64,000 bases of DNA, taken from NCBI GenBank assembly GCA_002753465.1, contig PEAF01000003.1, positions 13,551 to 77,550 of the forward strand. Reading direction: 5' to 3'. Made by a program: the position numbers and the translations under genes. The stretch comes from Candidatus Omnitrophota bacterium (GTDB lineage: Bacteria; Omnitrophota; Gorgyraeia; Zapsychrales; Fredricksoniimonadaceae). The notes below the pieces were generated by a model. It saw only the letters and a list, made by a program, of their open reading frames with translations, had not been told where the DNA came from and did no database searches. Shown piece after piece: positions 29,768-39,535 of this stretch; within the stretch, counting starts at the first letter, position 1, and every line of letters begins with the position of its first letter.

Positions 29768-30363
29768 GAAACAAAGTTCTCCAGTAATTTTAATCCGACG
29801 GACTGGCTTTTCTCAGGATGGAACTGCACGCCCCATATATTGCCCGAAACGATTGAAGAGGCATACATAATGCCGTAATCTGTCGTTGTCGCAACAGCCG
29901 CTGGATCTTTCGGCTTAACATAAAATGAATGGCAAAAGTATACTGCGGCGCCATTTTCAATACCGGCATACATAGGGCAATTTTTTTGAACAATGGCTAT
30001 TTGATTCCAGCCCATTTGAGGCACTTTAACAGATGAAGGGAAACGTTCAACGCTGCCATGTAAAATCCCAAGGCCTTTGACATCGCCCCCTTCTGTGCTG
30101 GAATCAAATAATAGCTGATAGCCCAAACAGATCCCCAGGAACGGCTTTCCTGTTGAAATAAAAGTCCTGATAGGATCAATGATCCCCAGTTCTTTCAATC
30201 TGTCCATGGCAGGCTTCATCGCACCGACGCCCGGCAACACAAGTTTATCAGCTTTTAAGATCTGATCTTGAAATGTAACAATAGACGTAGAAGCGCCGGC
30301 ATGCTCCAAGGCTTTCTGCACACTGCGTAAATTCCCCATGCCGTAATCGATAATGGCGATCAT
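29761..30363 (-). CDS. hisH: imidazole glycerol phosphate synthase glutaminase subunit
   Basis: MIAIIDYGMGNLRSV, LGICLGYQLL, VQFHPEKS. Confidence 0.95.
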   Translation of the reverse strand: MIAIIDYGMGNLRSVQKALEHAGASTSIVTFQDQILKADKLVLPGVGAMKPAMDRLKELGIIDPIRTFISTGKPFLGICLGYQLLFDSSTEGGDVKGLGILHGSVERFPSSVKVPQMGWNQIAIVQKNCPMYAGIENGAAVYFCHSFYVKPKDPAAVATTTDYGIMYASSIVSGNIWGVQFHPEKSQSVGLKLLENFVSC

Positions 30364-30992
30364 CAGTCAATGATCCCTTTAGTTGACGGGACAATGCCCT
30401 CACGACGGGCGTCAATTTGTGTTGCCTGATCAAGCGCCAAGCCAAATGCTTTAAAAACAGACTCGACATTGGTATGCACGTCATCGGAAACATTCTGCAG
30501 CGTGATGCTTATAGTGGCGCCCATGGCATGTGCAAAAGACTCCATGAAATGCTCTAGATATGTTAAAGAATATTCATCCTTACTCTTGACCGGGACAACC
30601 ATATCATCTTCAACATTAAGTTTAAAGTACCCACGTCCGCTGATATCCACAATAGCACGTCCTACAGTAGACTCCATCGGCGCCCCGGCACAACCGAAAC
30701 GACGGATACCCGCCTTATCACCTAAAGCCTGTTTAAAGGCCTTGCCTAATACGATCCCGATATCCTCATTAGTGTGGTGAATATCAATGGCCGTATCTGA
30801 GGACACAACCTCAAGCTCAAGGTCATAAAGACCATGGAAAGCAAAAAGTTCGATCATGTGGTCCAGAAATGCAATGCCCGTCTTGATCTCTGTACGGTCA
30901 CCGCGTCCGTCGATGTTTAGTTTGACCTTAATATGAGTTTCTTTGCTTTTACGCTCAATAACTGCCGTTCTTGATGACATAAGTTTCTCCAT
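30363..30992 (-). CDS. hisB: imidazoleglycerol-phosphate dehydratase
   Basis: RKSKETHIKVKLNIDG, DIHHTNEDIGIVLG. Monofunctional size. Confidence 0.95.
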   Translation of the reverse strand: MEKLMSSRTAVIERKSKETHIKVKLNIDGRGDRTEIKTGIAFLDHMIELFAFHGLYDLELEVVSSDTAIDIHHTNEDIGIVLGKAFKQALGDKAGIRRFGCAGAPMESTVGRAIVDISGRGYFKLNVEDDMVVPVKSKDEYSLTYLEHFMESFAHAMGATISITLQNVSDDVHTNVESVFKAFGLALDQATQIDARREGIVPSTKGIID

Positions 30993-31027
30993 CCTTTTTA
31001 ATCTGTATTTCCCGACATGATCCCGAT

Positions 31028-32254
31028 CTAAGCTTTAAACCTGATGTTAACTGCTTCGGCATGCTTAACAAGACCTTCAATACTGGCAATGTGTTCAAGC
31101 GGTCCCCGTACCTTCTCTAACGCTTTTCGAGAATATGAAATGATGTGGCTTGTTTTCATAAAACTGGACAAGCTTAAACCTGATGAGAATTTAGCTGTCC
31201 CAAGCGTAGGCAGGACGTGGCTCGGACCGGCCATATAATCCCCCAAAGGTGTCGGACTGTAAGGACCTAAGAAAATCGCCCCGGCATGTTTGATCATTTT
31301 AGCGACGCCGGCAGGGTTACTGGTAAGGATTTGCAAATGTTCAGGTGCTATTTTATTGGCAATATCACAGGCTTCTTCCATATTCTTGGCATAGATCACA
31401 AAGCCGCCTTGAACGCGATTCTTTACCTGTTTTATCAGTTGTTTCGATGTTGATACCAAAATGGATATGCCGCCCGCATGCTCTACTTGGGATTCAAAAT
31501 CAGCGACGACAAAGTCAGGATTACTAAGACGGTTGGCAATGATCACCAGCTCTGTCGGCCCCGCCAGCATATCAATGTCAACATAACCAAAAAGCTGCCG
31601 TTTGGCCTCAGTCACATACGCATTGCCGGGACCTACGATCTTATCGACCCTCGATATAGTTTTAGTGCCGAAAGCCAATGCCGCGATCGCCTGGGCACCG
31701 CCGATCTTATATACTTCATTGACGTTAAGAAGATTGGCCACAGCTAGAATGTGCGGATTAACACGGCCGTCTCTGCCTGGAGGCGTGACAATAACAATAC
31801 GCTTCACGCCGGCGATCTTCGCGGGTATAACCGTCATATAAACTGACGAGACTAAAGGTGCTGTGCCTGCCGGGATATATACGCCCACTGTATCAATTGG
31901 ACGGAATTCTTCTTTTAAAAGGATACCGTCTTCGCTTTTAATACAGCAGGGTTTCTTGACCTGACTGCGGTAGAAGGCACTGACGTTGTTAATAGCCATT
32001 TTAAGTGTGGCAATAAACTCAGGTTTGATATTTTGAAATGCCCCGCTGATCTCGCTCTCAGCTACGCGTAAGTCTTTCGCCGTAAGTTTTACATGATCAA
32101 AACGCTGCGTGTATTTTAAGACAGCTTCATCTCCGTGAGAACGGACATCCTCAACGATCCTTGAAACCTTATCAACGACACTCTTGCGACGATAATAAAA
32201 ATGCCGGTCATAAAGCTGCTGTATGTTCTTACTGTTTAACTTTAGAAGTTTCAT
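31028..32254 (-). CDS. hisD: histidinol dehydrogenase
   Basis: 408 aa, IVGPGNAYVTEAKR, GDYMAGPSHVLPT. ATGA overlap with the alaS stop. Confidence 0.95.
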   Translation of the reverse strand: MKLLKLNSKNIQQLYDRHFYYRRKSVVDKVSRIVEDVRSHGDEAVLKYTQRFDHVKLTAKDLRVAESEISGAFQNIKPEFIATLKMAINNVSAFYRSQVKKPCCIKSEDGILLKEEFRPIDTVGVYIPAGTAPLVSSVYMTVIPAKIAGVKRIVIVTPPGRDGRVNPHILAVANLLNVNEVYKIGGAQAIAALAFGTKTISRVDKIVGPGNAYVTEAKRQLFGYVDIDMLAGPTELVIIANRLSNPDFVVADFESQVEHAGGISILVSTSKQLIKQVKNRVQGGFVIYAKNMEEACDIANKIAPEHLQILTSNPAGVAKMIKHAGAIFLGPYSPTPLGDYMAGPSHVLPTLGTAKFSSGLSLSSFMKTSHIISYSRKALEKVRGPLEHIASIEGLVKHAEAVNIRFKA

Positions 32255-34884
32255 AACAATCCCTTAACAAGCGTTTTGGCTGCATCCAGGGCCTCAGATA
32301 ATTTTGACGGTACTTTCCCGCCGGCCTGCGCCATATTTGGCCGGCCGCCGCCTGAACCACCGATCAACGGTGCGACTTTCTGAATGATCTCGCCAGCCTT
32401 GATCTGACGTGCGATCAGATTGTCAGCGACTGTAATAAGAAGCGCGGCTTCTTCAGCCCCATTAGCAGCGCCCAGAAGATGGACGGATGTCGGGCACTTT
32501 TGCTTGATCAAGTCAGATACCCGACGCAATGTATCCATATCAACATTCTTGAATATATGCAGTACTAAGGTTGCATCTTTGACCGTTTCCGCCTTAGCAA
32601 TAACATCATCAATAGTTGAGCGGATAACATCAAAGTTAAGATCACTTACTTCTTTCTGCAATTCTTTAACACGTTTTGACTGTTGTTCCACGCGAAGGAA
32701 AAGATCGTCCGGGGACGTCTTAAGAACAGCGGCGGACTTCTCAAGCATCTTCTCGCGTGAACGCACAAGGGTGATCGCATTCGTCCCGGTAACCGCCTCG
32801 ATACGACGAATACCCTGGGCAACAGCTCCCTCGGAAACGATCTTGAACAGCCCGATCTGTCCCGTACAATCCAAATGCGTGCCTCCGCAGAATTCTTTTG
32901 AGTGGTCACCGATCCCAACGACACGCACCTTATCTCCGTATTTCTCGGCAAAGAAAGCCAACGCACCGCTTTCTTTAGCTTCATCGATGGTCATTTCGTT
33001 CTTTGATACCGCCTCACAACGACGGATAAATGAATTGACCAGATCCTCAATGCTTTCAAGTTCAGCCTTAGTGACGGCTTTAGGATGTGTAAAATCAAAC
33101 CGTAATCGCTGATCATCGACCAAAGAGCCCTGCTGCTTAACATGTTCACCAAGGATCATGCGCAGCGCAGCCTGTGTGAGGTGTGTGGCCGTATGATTTC
33201 GGGCAACCGCCATGCGCATCTCGCCATCGATCGACGCCTTAACAGGGTCTTTGACCTTAATGACGCCTTTAGCAACAACACCTTTATGAATATAAACGTC
33301 GGTCACTTTTTGAGTGTCCTTAATCTGAACCGCATTGGTCTTACCTGAAATCATGCCAACATCCGCACGCTGACCACCCTGCTCAGCGTAAAAAGGCGTC
33401 CTATCAAGTACCACAGCGACCTGGTCACCCTCTTTGGCTTCAGACGATGACAGCCCATCAACAAAGATCTTCAATATAGTGGCTTCACAGGAAGGTTCGT
33501 TATAACCAACAAAGATTGTTTTAGCCACATCTTTAACATCGACATTCTTAGACAGAAATACATCACCTTGCATTTTACTGCCGGCACGTGAACGTTCTTT
33601 CTGTTCATTCATTAAAAGATCAGCATGAGTAATGGCCTTGGCAAGAATATCCGAGCCGAATTTATCGCCGACCTTTGACTGAATGAGCGCCATCGGGAGG
33701 CCGTATGTATCCCGATAACGGAACATCATTTCTCCGATGATAACGGGATCAGCTTTTATACCAGCAAGTTCGTTGACAAATTCGGGAACTTTCTCGCCAT
33801 TGAGCTTGATCACGGCTTCTTCAACACGCTTAACTGTTTCAATAATATCTTTCTGTTTTCCAACAAGTTCAGGGTAAGGCCCCTTCATCACATCCACTAC
33901 GGCGGGGATAAAGGTATGGACCAGCGGTTTCTTGATGCCAGCCTGAATAATAATGTTTGTCATATCGACGATCAACTTACGCATGACGTAGCCGCGCCCT
34001 TCATTGGAGGGCATAACACCGTCAGAAAGTCCGAATGTTACAGCACGCGTGTGATCCGTAATGATGCGCGTTTCACGTAATGAGATCGTTGCTCCTTCAG
34101 CGGCGACTGAACGTGAAATAGCGGTCATGATCGACGTGAAGAGATCTGATTCAAAGTTATTGTGTTTACCCTGCATGACGGCCGTTAATCGCTCGAGGCC
34201 CATCCCGGTATCGATGTTCTTAGCAGGCAAAGGCTCAAGCGCACCGCCATCTTTGCGGTTATACTGAGTAAAAACAAGATTCCACACTTCGCAAAAACGA
34301 CCGCAGTTACAGTCCGGATTACAATCCGGATCTTTGCAATGATTGAATCCCCAGTCGAAAAAGATCTCCGAACATGGACCGCAGGGGCCATTAGGACCGT
34401 TCAGACGGGCATTAGACGGCCAGAAATTGGATTTATCCCCCAACTTAACAATACGATGGACAGGCACCTTGATCTCGTTAAGCCAAATGCCATAAGCTTC
34501 ATCATCATCTTTGTTGACGGAAACCCAGAGCTTATCCGCAGGAATACCCATAACGCGGGTCAAAAACTCCCACGCCCAGGTAATAGCTTCGCGTTTGAAG
34601 TAATCGCCAAAAGAGAAATTGCCCAGCATTTCAAACATGGTGTGATGAAAGTCAGTAACACCCACCTCGGTCAGGTCGTCGGTACGAAGGCATTTCTGGG
34701 AAGTAGTCGCTGTCTTGAAATCCGTAATGTGGCCCATGAACTGCGGCTTGAACTGCTGCATGCCGGCTGTTGTAAAAAGCACCGTCGGATCGTCTTTAGG
34801 GACCAACGAATCACTGGCAATGACTTTATGGCCCTTAGATTTGAAGAATTCAAGATATTTGCTGCGGATCTCATGCCCTGTCAT
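32251..34884 (-). CDS. alaS: alanine--tRNA ligase
   Basis: 877 aa, FTTAGMQQFKP, editing-domain HTATHL, C-terminal DHHA1-like GGSGGGRPNMAQAGG. Confidence 0.97.
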   Translation of the reverse strand: MTGHEIRSKYLEFFKSKGHKVIASDSLVPKDDPTVLFTTAGMQQFKPQFMGHITDFKTATTSQKCLRTDDLTEVGVTDFHHTMFEMLGNFSFGDYFKREAITWAWEFLTRVMGIPADKLWVSVNKDDDEAYGIWLNEIKVPVHRIVKLGDKSNFWPSNARLNGPNGPCGPCSEIFFDWGFNHCKDPDCNPDCNCGRFCEVWNLVFTQYNRKDGGALEPLPAKNIDTGMGLERLTAVMQGKHNNFESDLFTSIMTAISRSVAAEGATISLRETRIITDHTRAVTFGLSDGVMPSNEGRGYVMRKLIVDMTNIIIQAGIKKPLVHTFIPAVVDVMKGPYPELVGKQKDIIETVKRVEEAVIKLNGEKVPEFVNELAGIKADPVIIGEMMFRYRDTYGLPMALIQSKVGDKFGSDILAKAITHADLLMNEQKERSRAGSKMQGDVFLSKNVDVKDVAKTIFVGYNEPSCEATILKIFVDGLSSSEAKEGDQVAVVLDRTPFYAEQGGQRADVGMISGKTNAVQIKDTQKVTDVYIHKGVVAKGVIKVKDPVKASIDGEMRMAVARNHTATHLTQAALRMILGEHVKQQGSLVDDQRLRFDFTHPKAVTKAELESIEDLVNSFIRRCEAVSKNEMTIDEAKESGALAFFAEKYGDKVRVVGIGDHSKEFCGGTHLDCTGQIGLFKIVSEGAVAQGIRRIEAVTGTNAITLVRSREKMLEKSAAVLKTSPDDLFLRVEQQSKRVKELQKEVSDLNFDVIRSTIDDVIAKAETVKDATLVLHIFKNVDMDTLRRVSDLIKQKCPTSVHLLGAANGAEEAALLITVADNLIARQIKAGEIIQKVAPLIGGSGGGRPNMAQAGGKVPSKLSEALDAAKTLVKGLL

Positions 34885-35342
34885 AACTCTTTGATCACTT
34901 TCATAATAACATCCAGCTGAAAACCTCGACGGGCAAGATAATCCATTACCCGTTTCTTACGCTTCAGAGGATCAATGTTAGTGTATTTTCTTATACGTTT
35001 TTGAGCCAGGCTTCTGACAACATCCAGCTCATCGTAACTTTCTTTGATATCAGCCCACTGGCTTTGAACAAGATCTTGGGGTATACCTTTATCGGCCAAC
35101 TCACGTGACACACGCCTATAGCCCATCGGCCTGTTAAGCCGATACTGCAGCCAGACTTTTGTAAACGCTTCATCGTCGAGGAATCCTAAACGTAAAAAAT
35201 CCTCGATCAGCATATCAGCCTCGGCAGCATAACCTTTTGAGTTGAGCTTCTGGCGTAACTCAAGAACGCTGCGGGGCCTTAATTTAAGAAGGCGAAGAGC
35301 GTACCCCTTCGCCTTCTTAAAATTCAAATCATCAAAACTCAT
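34881..35342 (-). CDS. recX: recombination regulator RecX
   Basis: 153 aa helical-repeat protein between recA and alaS. The recA-recX-alaS order matches E. coli. Confidence 0.85.
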   Translation of the reverse strand: MSFDDLNFKKAKGYALRLLKLRPRSVLELRQKLNSKGYAAEADMLIEDFLRLGFLDDEAFTKVWLQYRLNRPMGYRRVSRELADKGIPQDLVQSQWADIKESYDELDVVRSLAQKRIRKYTNIDPLKRKKRVMDYLARRGFQLDVIMKVIKEL

Positions 35343-36385
35343 TATTCAGTCTTTTTAGCCGGTGGAGGTACGACCTTGGACTTTTCTAGAATTAACTTTT
35401 CAAGTTTCTGCGCCACTTTGGGATTATCCTGTAAATATTTCCGGGCATTATCCCGACCCTGCCCGATACGCTCACCTTCAAAGGCAAACCACGCGCCGGA
35501 TTTCTCGATCGCATTGAATTTTGTGCCAAGGTCGACCAGGTCGCTGGCATGCGAAATCCCTTCATCAAAATGGATCTCAAATTCCGCCTCTTTGAACGGT
35601 GCCGCTACTTTATTCTTGACAACTTTGGCACGGACACGGTTGCCGATAACATCATCGCCACGCTTAAGAGTTTCTATCTTGCGCAGGTCAATACGTACTG
35701 ATGAGTAGAACTTAAGCGCATTGCCGCCAGTCGTTGTTTCAGGATTTCCAAACATGACGCCAATCTTCATACGGATCTGATTAATGAAGATAAGACATGT
35801 ATTCGACTTACTGGTCACGGCCGTCAATTTTCGAAGCGCCTGTGACATTAAACGCGCATGCAGCCCCATATGGCTGTCGCCCATATCGCCTTCGATCTCA
35901 GCCTTGGGCGTTAATGCCGCCACTGAATCAATAACAACAAGGTCAACAGCGCTGGAACGTACTAATGTTTCTGCGATCTCGAGCGCCTGTTCCCCCGTAT
36001 CCGGCTGGGAAATAAGAAGGTCTTCTAATTTAACACCGATCTTTTGGGCATACGCTGCATCAAAGGCATGTTCAGCGTCAATAAAAGCCGCTGTGCCACC
36101 CTTTTTCTGGATCTGGTGAATAACACTTAATGTTAACGTTGTCTTACCGGAAGATTCAGGCCCGTAGATCTCGATCACGCGGCCACGTGGGATACCCCCA
36201 ATGCCAAGAGCTATATCAAGTCCGAGTGACCCTGTAGGAATGGCATCGACATCCGCATGTACATTGCCATCCAGCTTCATGATAGAGCCCTTCCCGAACT
36301 GTTTTTCGATCTGAGTCAGCGCCAGATCAAGTGCTTTCTTGCGATTTTCAACTTCAGCTGGCGTTTGTTTCTTTTGTTCCGTCAT
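35342..36385 (-). CDS. recA: recombinase A
   Basis: [41 protein letters not shown] prefer the ATG at 36385 (MTEQKKQ) because a GGAGGT lies 7 nt upstream. The track start is 36403. Confidence 0.97.
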   Translation of the reverse strand: MTEQKKQTPAEVENRKKALDLALTQIEKQFGKGSIMKLDGNVHADVDAIPTGSLGLDIALGIGGIPRGRVIEIYGPESSGKTTLTLSVIHQIQKKGGTAAFIDAEHAFDAAYAQKIGVKLEDLLISQPDTGEQALEIAETLVRSSAVDLVVIDSVAALTPKAEIEGDMGDSHMGLHARLMSQALRKLTAVTSKSNTCLIFINQIRMKIGVMFGNPETTTGGNALKFYSSVRIDLRKIETLKRGDDVIGNRVRAKVVKNKVAAPFKEAEFEIHFDEGISHASDLVDLGTKFNAIEKSGAWFAFEGERIGQGRDNARKYLQDNPKVAQKLEKLILEKSKVVPPPAKKTE

Positions 36386-36473
36386 ACAAATACCTCCGGT
36401 CATACCTTATTAATATAGGAAGGGGTGGATGATTATACAAAAGTGATGTTAGATTGTCAATGCGGGATAAAAT

Positions 36474-36503
36474 AAAAAGGCCGGGTTGTTTCCCGGCCTT
36501 TTT
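36474..36503 (-). terminator. rho-independent terminator after the pilin array (symmetric, A/T tracts on both sides)
   Basis: AAAAAGGCCGGG-TTGTTT-CCCGGCCTTTTT. On the minus strand the stem is followed by TTTTTATTTT. It separates the pilin genes from the recA promoter region. Confidence 0.6.
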
Positions 36504-36542
36504 CGATCAATGACTAATACACCCTTTAACCAAAGACCTTCT

Positions 36543-37022
36543 TTAATACCCCGCGCAAAGAGCTCCGGCGGCAACGGCAAGAGCACCAACAGGCGACTGT
36601 AAAACCGTCGTTGAACGGCCCACAATGCCTTCAACCGCCGAACCAGCAGGATAACCTCTCATAAGAGTGAAGTTGGGAGCTACTGTATCCCATGACATTT
36701 TGACACAATTAGCATTTATCGGTGATACTAATGTTGCATAAAAAGTAATATTAGTACCACTGGTTCCCATTGAATATGTATACTTACTATCACCGGGAAT
36801 TGTGACGGAAAGCTCTGCCAATGAATCACACGAGGCTAATACCTGGGTTTGATCAAAACAATTGATCGCTTGACGTTTTAATAAACCTAAAGTATTCGTA
36901 GCTTCCATGGATTTAGCTGAATCTATCTGCGCCGTTAAACGCGGCATAGCTAAAGTAGCCAAAACACCAATGATAATAATAACAATGATGATTTCGATTA
37001 AAGTAAAACCCTTTTGTCTCAT
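36543..37022 (-). CDS. type IV (pseudo)pilin, major-pilin paralog 1 (most divergent copy)
   Basis: MRQKG|FTLIEIIIVIIIIGVLATLAMPRL, the class III signal with E+5. Same 159-aa length and the same C-terminus GALAVAAGALCAGY as copies 2 and 3. The ATG at 37022 has the same GAGGT SD geometry as copy 2. The track start is 37046. Confidence 0.8.
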   Translation of the reverse strand: MRQKGFTLIEIIIVIIIIGVLATLAMPRLTAQIDSAKSMEATNTLGLLKRQAINCFDQTQVLASCDSLAELSVTIPGDSKYTYSMGTSGTNITFYATLVSPINANCVKMSWDTVAPNFTLMRGYPAGSAVEGIVGRSTTVLQSPVGALAVAAGALCAGY

Positions 37023-37052
37023 GTGATACCTCGAATTAACAAACATTAACCA

Positions 37053-37532
37053 TTAATACCCTGCGCAAAGAGCTCCCGCCGCAACTGCCAGAGCACCGGT
37101 CGGAGCACCTAAAACACCTCCAGTAGAACGCTGCACTATACTTTGAACAGCCGAAGCAGCTGGGTAACCTCTTAATTCAGTTCGTCCCGTGACTGAATCC
37201 CAAGACATCTTGACACAGTTAGTGTTAATGGGCGACACCAAGGTTGCATAAAACGTGATCGAGTTACCACTTGTTCCAACAGAGTATGTATATTTACTAT
37301 CAGCGGGAACCGTAACATTTAATTCTGCTAAGGTATCGCAAGATGCAAGGGCATTTGTTTGGTCAAAACAATTGATCGCCTGGCGCTTTAATGTTCCAAG
37401 CAGATTCGTCGCTTCCATCGATTTTGAGGCATCAATCTGCGCCGTTAAACGCGGCATGGCCAAAGTAGCCAGAACACCAATAATTATAATAACTATAATA
37501 ATTTCTATAAGCGTAAAACCACGATTTCTCAT
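37053..37532 (-). CDS. type IV (pseudo)pilin, major-pilin paralog 2
   Basis: MRNRG|FTLIEIIIVIIIIGVLATLAMPRLTAQ. Four Cys (C54, C64, C105, C156). Differs from copy 3 at 3 residues. Confidence 0.8.
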   Translation of the reverse strand: MRNRGFTLIEIIIVIIIIGVLATLAMPRLTAQIDASKSMEATNLLGTLKRQAINCFDQTNALASCDTLAELNVTVPADSKYTYSVGTSGNSITFYATLVSPINTNCVKMSWDSVTGRTELRGYPAASAVQSIVQRSTGGVLGAPTGALAVAAGALCAGY

Positions 37533-37562
37533 ATAAATTACCTCTATTCGTTTATAAAAACA

Positions 37563-38042
37563 TTAATACCCTGCGCAAAGAGCACCCGCTGCAACTGCCA
37601 GAGCACCCGTCGGAGCACCTAAAACGCCACCCGTAGAGCGCTGGACAATACTTTCAACAGCAGAACTTGCCGGATATCCTCTTAATTCAGTTCGGCCTGT
37701 GACAGAGTCCCAGGACATCTTGACACAGTTAGTGTTAATGGGCGACACCAAGGTTGCATAAAACGTGATCGAGTTACCACTTGTTCCAACAGAGTATGTA
37801 TATTTACTATCAGCGGGAACCGTAACAGCTAATTCGGCTAAGGTATCGCAAGATGCAAGGGCATTTGTTTGGTCAAAACAATTGATCGCCTGGCGCTTTA
37901 ATGTTCCGAGCAGATTCGTCGCTTCCATCGATTTTGAGGCATCGATCTGTGCCGTTAAACGCGGCATGGCCAATGTTGCCAACACACCAATGATGATAAT
38001 GACAATGATGATTTCGATAAGTGTAAAACCGCGATTTCTCAT
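37563..38042 (-). CDS. type IV (pseudo)pilin, major-pilin paralog 3 (promoter-proximal)
   Basis: Same as copy 2, with an AAAGGAG SD and an 81-nt AT-rich upstream gap. Confidence 0.8.
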   Translation of the reverse strand: MRNRGFTLIEIIIVIIIIGVLATLAMPRLTAQIDASKSMEATNLLGTLKRQAINCFDQTNALASCDTLAELAVTVPADSKYTYSVGTSGNSITFYATLVSPINTNCVKMSWDSVTGRTELRGYPASSAVESIVQRSTGGVLGAPTGALAVAAGALCAGY

Positions 38043-38084
38043 ATTTCTCTCCTTTTTTTTTAAATAAAATATAGCACTGTTAAA

Positions 38085-38113
38085 AGTATACCCTGCGGTT
38101 TGTTCTAAAACAA
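38085..38113 (-). promoter_or_regulatory. possible sigma70-type promoter for the pilin array
   Basis: Minus strand TTGTTT - 17 nt - TATACT in the gap between rsmE and pilin copy 3. The -35 is weak. I did not recognise a sigma54 GG-N10-GC element. Confidence 0.3.
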
Positions 38114-38123
38114 TGTTATTTCA

Positions 38124-38864
38124 TTATTTCTTATATCTCCATATTTTAACAGCGGCAACAGCTATGGCCGCTGTATCCACCTTAAGTACATTAATACCAA
38201 GTGTTACAGGAATGGCGCCGAGGTCTATAGCCATATCGACTTCGGCCTTTGTAAAATCTCCCTCAGGACCAATAAGAAAAACCACTTCCCCGTCGGGTGA
38301 GTCAGCCATGGCTTCCATCAAAGGTAAACGTTTTCCTTCAAGCCAGGGGATCAATAGTTTTGCACGTGTACTGGATAGAGTCTTTATCGCCTCATTGAAA
38401 TCCATTGGCGCATCAATTTGAGGAAACCATAAACGTCGGGATTGTTTGGCGGCGTTAAGAGCGACACGTTCATAACGTTCGCTTTTCTTTCCGATCCGGT
38501 CATGCGTTAAATCAACCTCTGTTCTTTCCGTGATCAGAGGAATGATCCTGTCAACACCCAGTTCAGTGCACTTTTCAATGATCGTTTCAAATTTAGCTTT
38601 CTTAGGAATAGCGCAGGCAAGGGTAACTTTAAGGGGGTCAGATTTGGAGGTAAAGCTGGCTTCATTAATAATAATACAGGCGGCTGAGCGGGCAATATCC
38701 TTTAAACAACCGCTGGCCATACCGCCACAACCATTGATCAATTCGACTTGATCACCGACTTTTAAACGCAATACTTTGGATAGGTGTTGCAGTTCATCGG
38801 GGTCACAAAGCATAACTTCGCGCTCTTCATGACCAAAAGGGCAGAAGAAACGATGCTTAGCCAT
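38124..38864 (-). CDS. rsmE: 16S rRNA (uracil1498-N3)-methyltransferase
   Basis: MAKHRFFCP..., PUA-like N-terminus and SPOUT C-terminus (FLIGPEGDFT). The ATG at 38864 avoids overlap with the upstream pseudopilin. Confidence 0.85.
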   Translation of the reverse strand: MAKHRFFCPFGHEEREVMLCDPDELQHLSKVLRLKVGDQVELINGCGGMASGCLKDIARSAACIIINEASFTSKSDPLKVTLACAIPKKAKFETIIEKCTELGVDRIIPLITERTEVDLTHDRIGKKSERYERVALNAAKQSRRLWFPQIDAPMDFNEAIKTLSSTRAKLLIPWLEGKRLPLMEAMADSPDGEVVFLIGPEGDFTKAEVDMAIDLGAIPVTLGINVLKVDTAAIAVAAVKIWRYKK

Positions 38865-38868
38865 AAGC

Positions 38869-39519
38869 TTAAAAATCACCGATATTTTCCTGAATCCTGA
38901 CGGAAAATTGAGGATTGTCCAATATCCCCTTCGTTAAGGAACCCGCAAGTACATGTGCCCCTGCAGAAGGATCAGCCCTGTTAACAAGTGTCATATCAAA
39001 ATAAAATACTCCGGTGGCTCTGTTGGCTACCACTTGTGGCGATGGTAAAGCTAGAATAGTCGCATTACTGAACTCATCACTGACCAAACGGCCGACAAAT
39101 GTATCAGCCGCTGTGCATGTGCCAGCGCCCCCATTAAAAAGACATTGATAAACAGCGGTATTCCCGGCAGGTTGCGTATAACATGACCAGTTATCATCAG
39201 CATAATTCTTTGGAGTGTACTGACCGGCTACTTGAATATCATAACGAAAACAAACCGTGTGGTTGGGTATATCAACATTGATCCCAGTTTTAGCGGAGTT
39301 AAGGGCATTGTCGATATAGCCGTGAGTTCTTCGGACATCATAACGGATCAACTCAGCCATATTTGTTGTTGCTAAGGAAAGTTGAGAATCTTGATTGGTG
39401 TTCTTGTCTATACGTCGAATTGCAAAATCAGTATTAACAACACCGGCAATGACCATGCTGACGAGAACGCTGGCAATGATCAGTTCAGTTAATGTTAGGG
39501 CTTGTGTGTTCTTCTTCAT
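38869..39519 (-). CDS. large minor (pseudo)pilin, PilW/GspJ-like
   Basis: MKKNTQA|LTLTELIIASVLVSMVIAG. Prepilin-type N-terminus with Ala at -1 and E+5. 216 aa. Confidence 0.65.
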   Translation of the reverse strand: MKKNTQALTLTELIIASVLVSMVIAGVVNTDFAIRRIDKNTNQDSQLSLATTNMAELIRYDVRRTHGYIDNALNSAKTGINVDIPNHTVCFRYDIQVAGQYTPKNYADDNWSCYTQPAGNTAVYQCLFNGGAGTCTAADTFVGRLVSDEFSNATILALPSPQVVANRATGVFYFDMTLVNRADPSAGAHVLAGSLTKGILDNPQFSVRIQENIGDF

Positions 39520-39535
39520 AAATTATGGGAATACG

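Larger units (their letters stand above)
36543..38042 (-). repeat. perfect 510-bp-period tandem triplication (3 x [480-nt pilin CDS + 30-nt spacer])
   Basis: The start codons lie at 38042, 37532 and 37022, exactly 510 nt apart. Units 2 and 3 are near-identical, including a 114-nt perfectly identical core (37204-37317 = 37714-37827). Confidence 0.9.

Noticed and set aside
32420-33112. 230-aa plus-strand ORF (and a 193-aa one at 34339-34920) opposite alaS.
   Set aside because: Both lie entirely antisense to a strongly supported, full-length alaS. The translations are low-complexity and Ser/Arg-rich, with no recognisable motifs. They look like typical shadow ORFs.
36543-38042. Regularly spaced repeats that might suggest a CRISPR array or an IS element.
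   Set aside because: The repeat unit is 510 bp and each unit encodes a complete prepilin gene with its own SD. There are no short direct repeats with unique spacers, no cas genes and no transposase.
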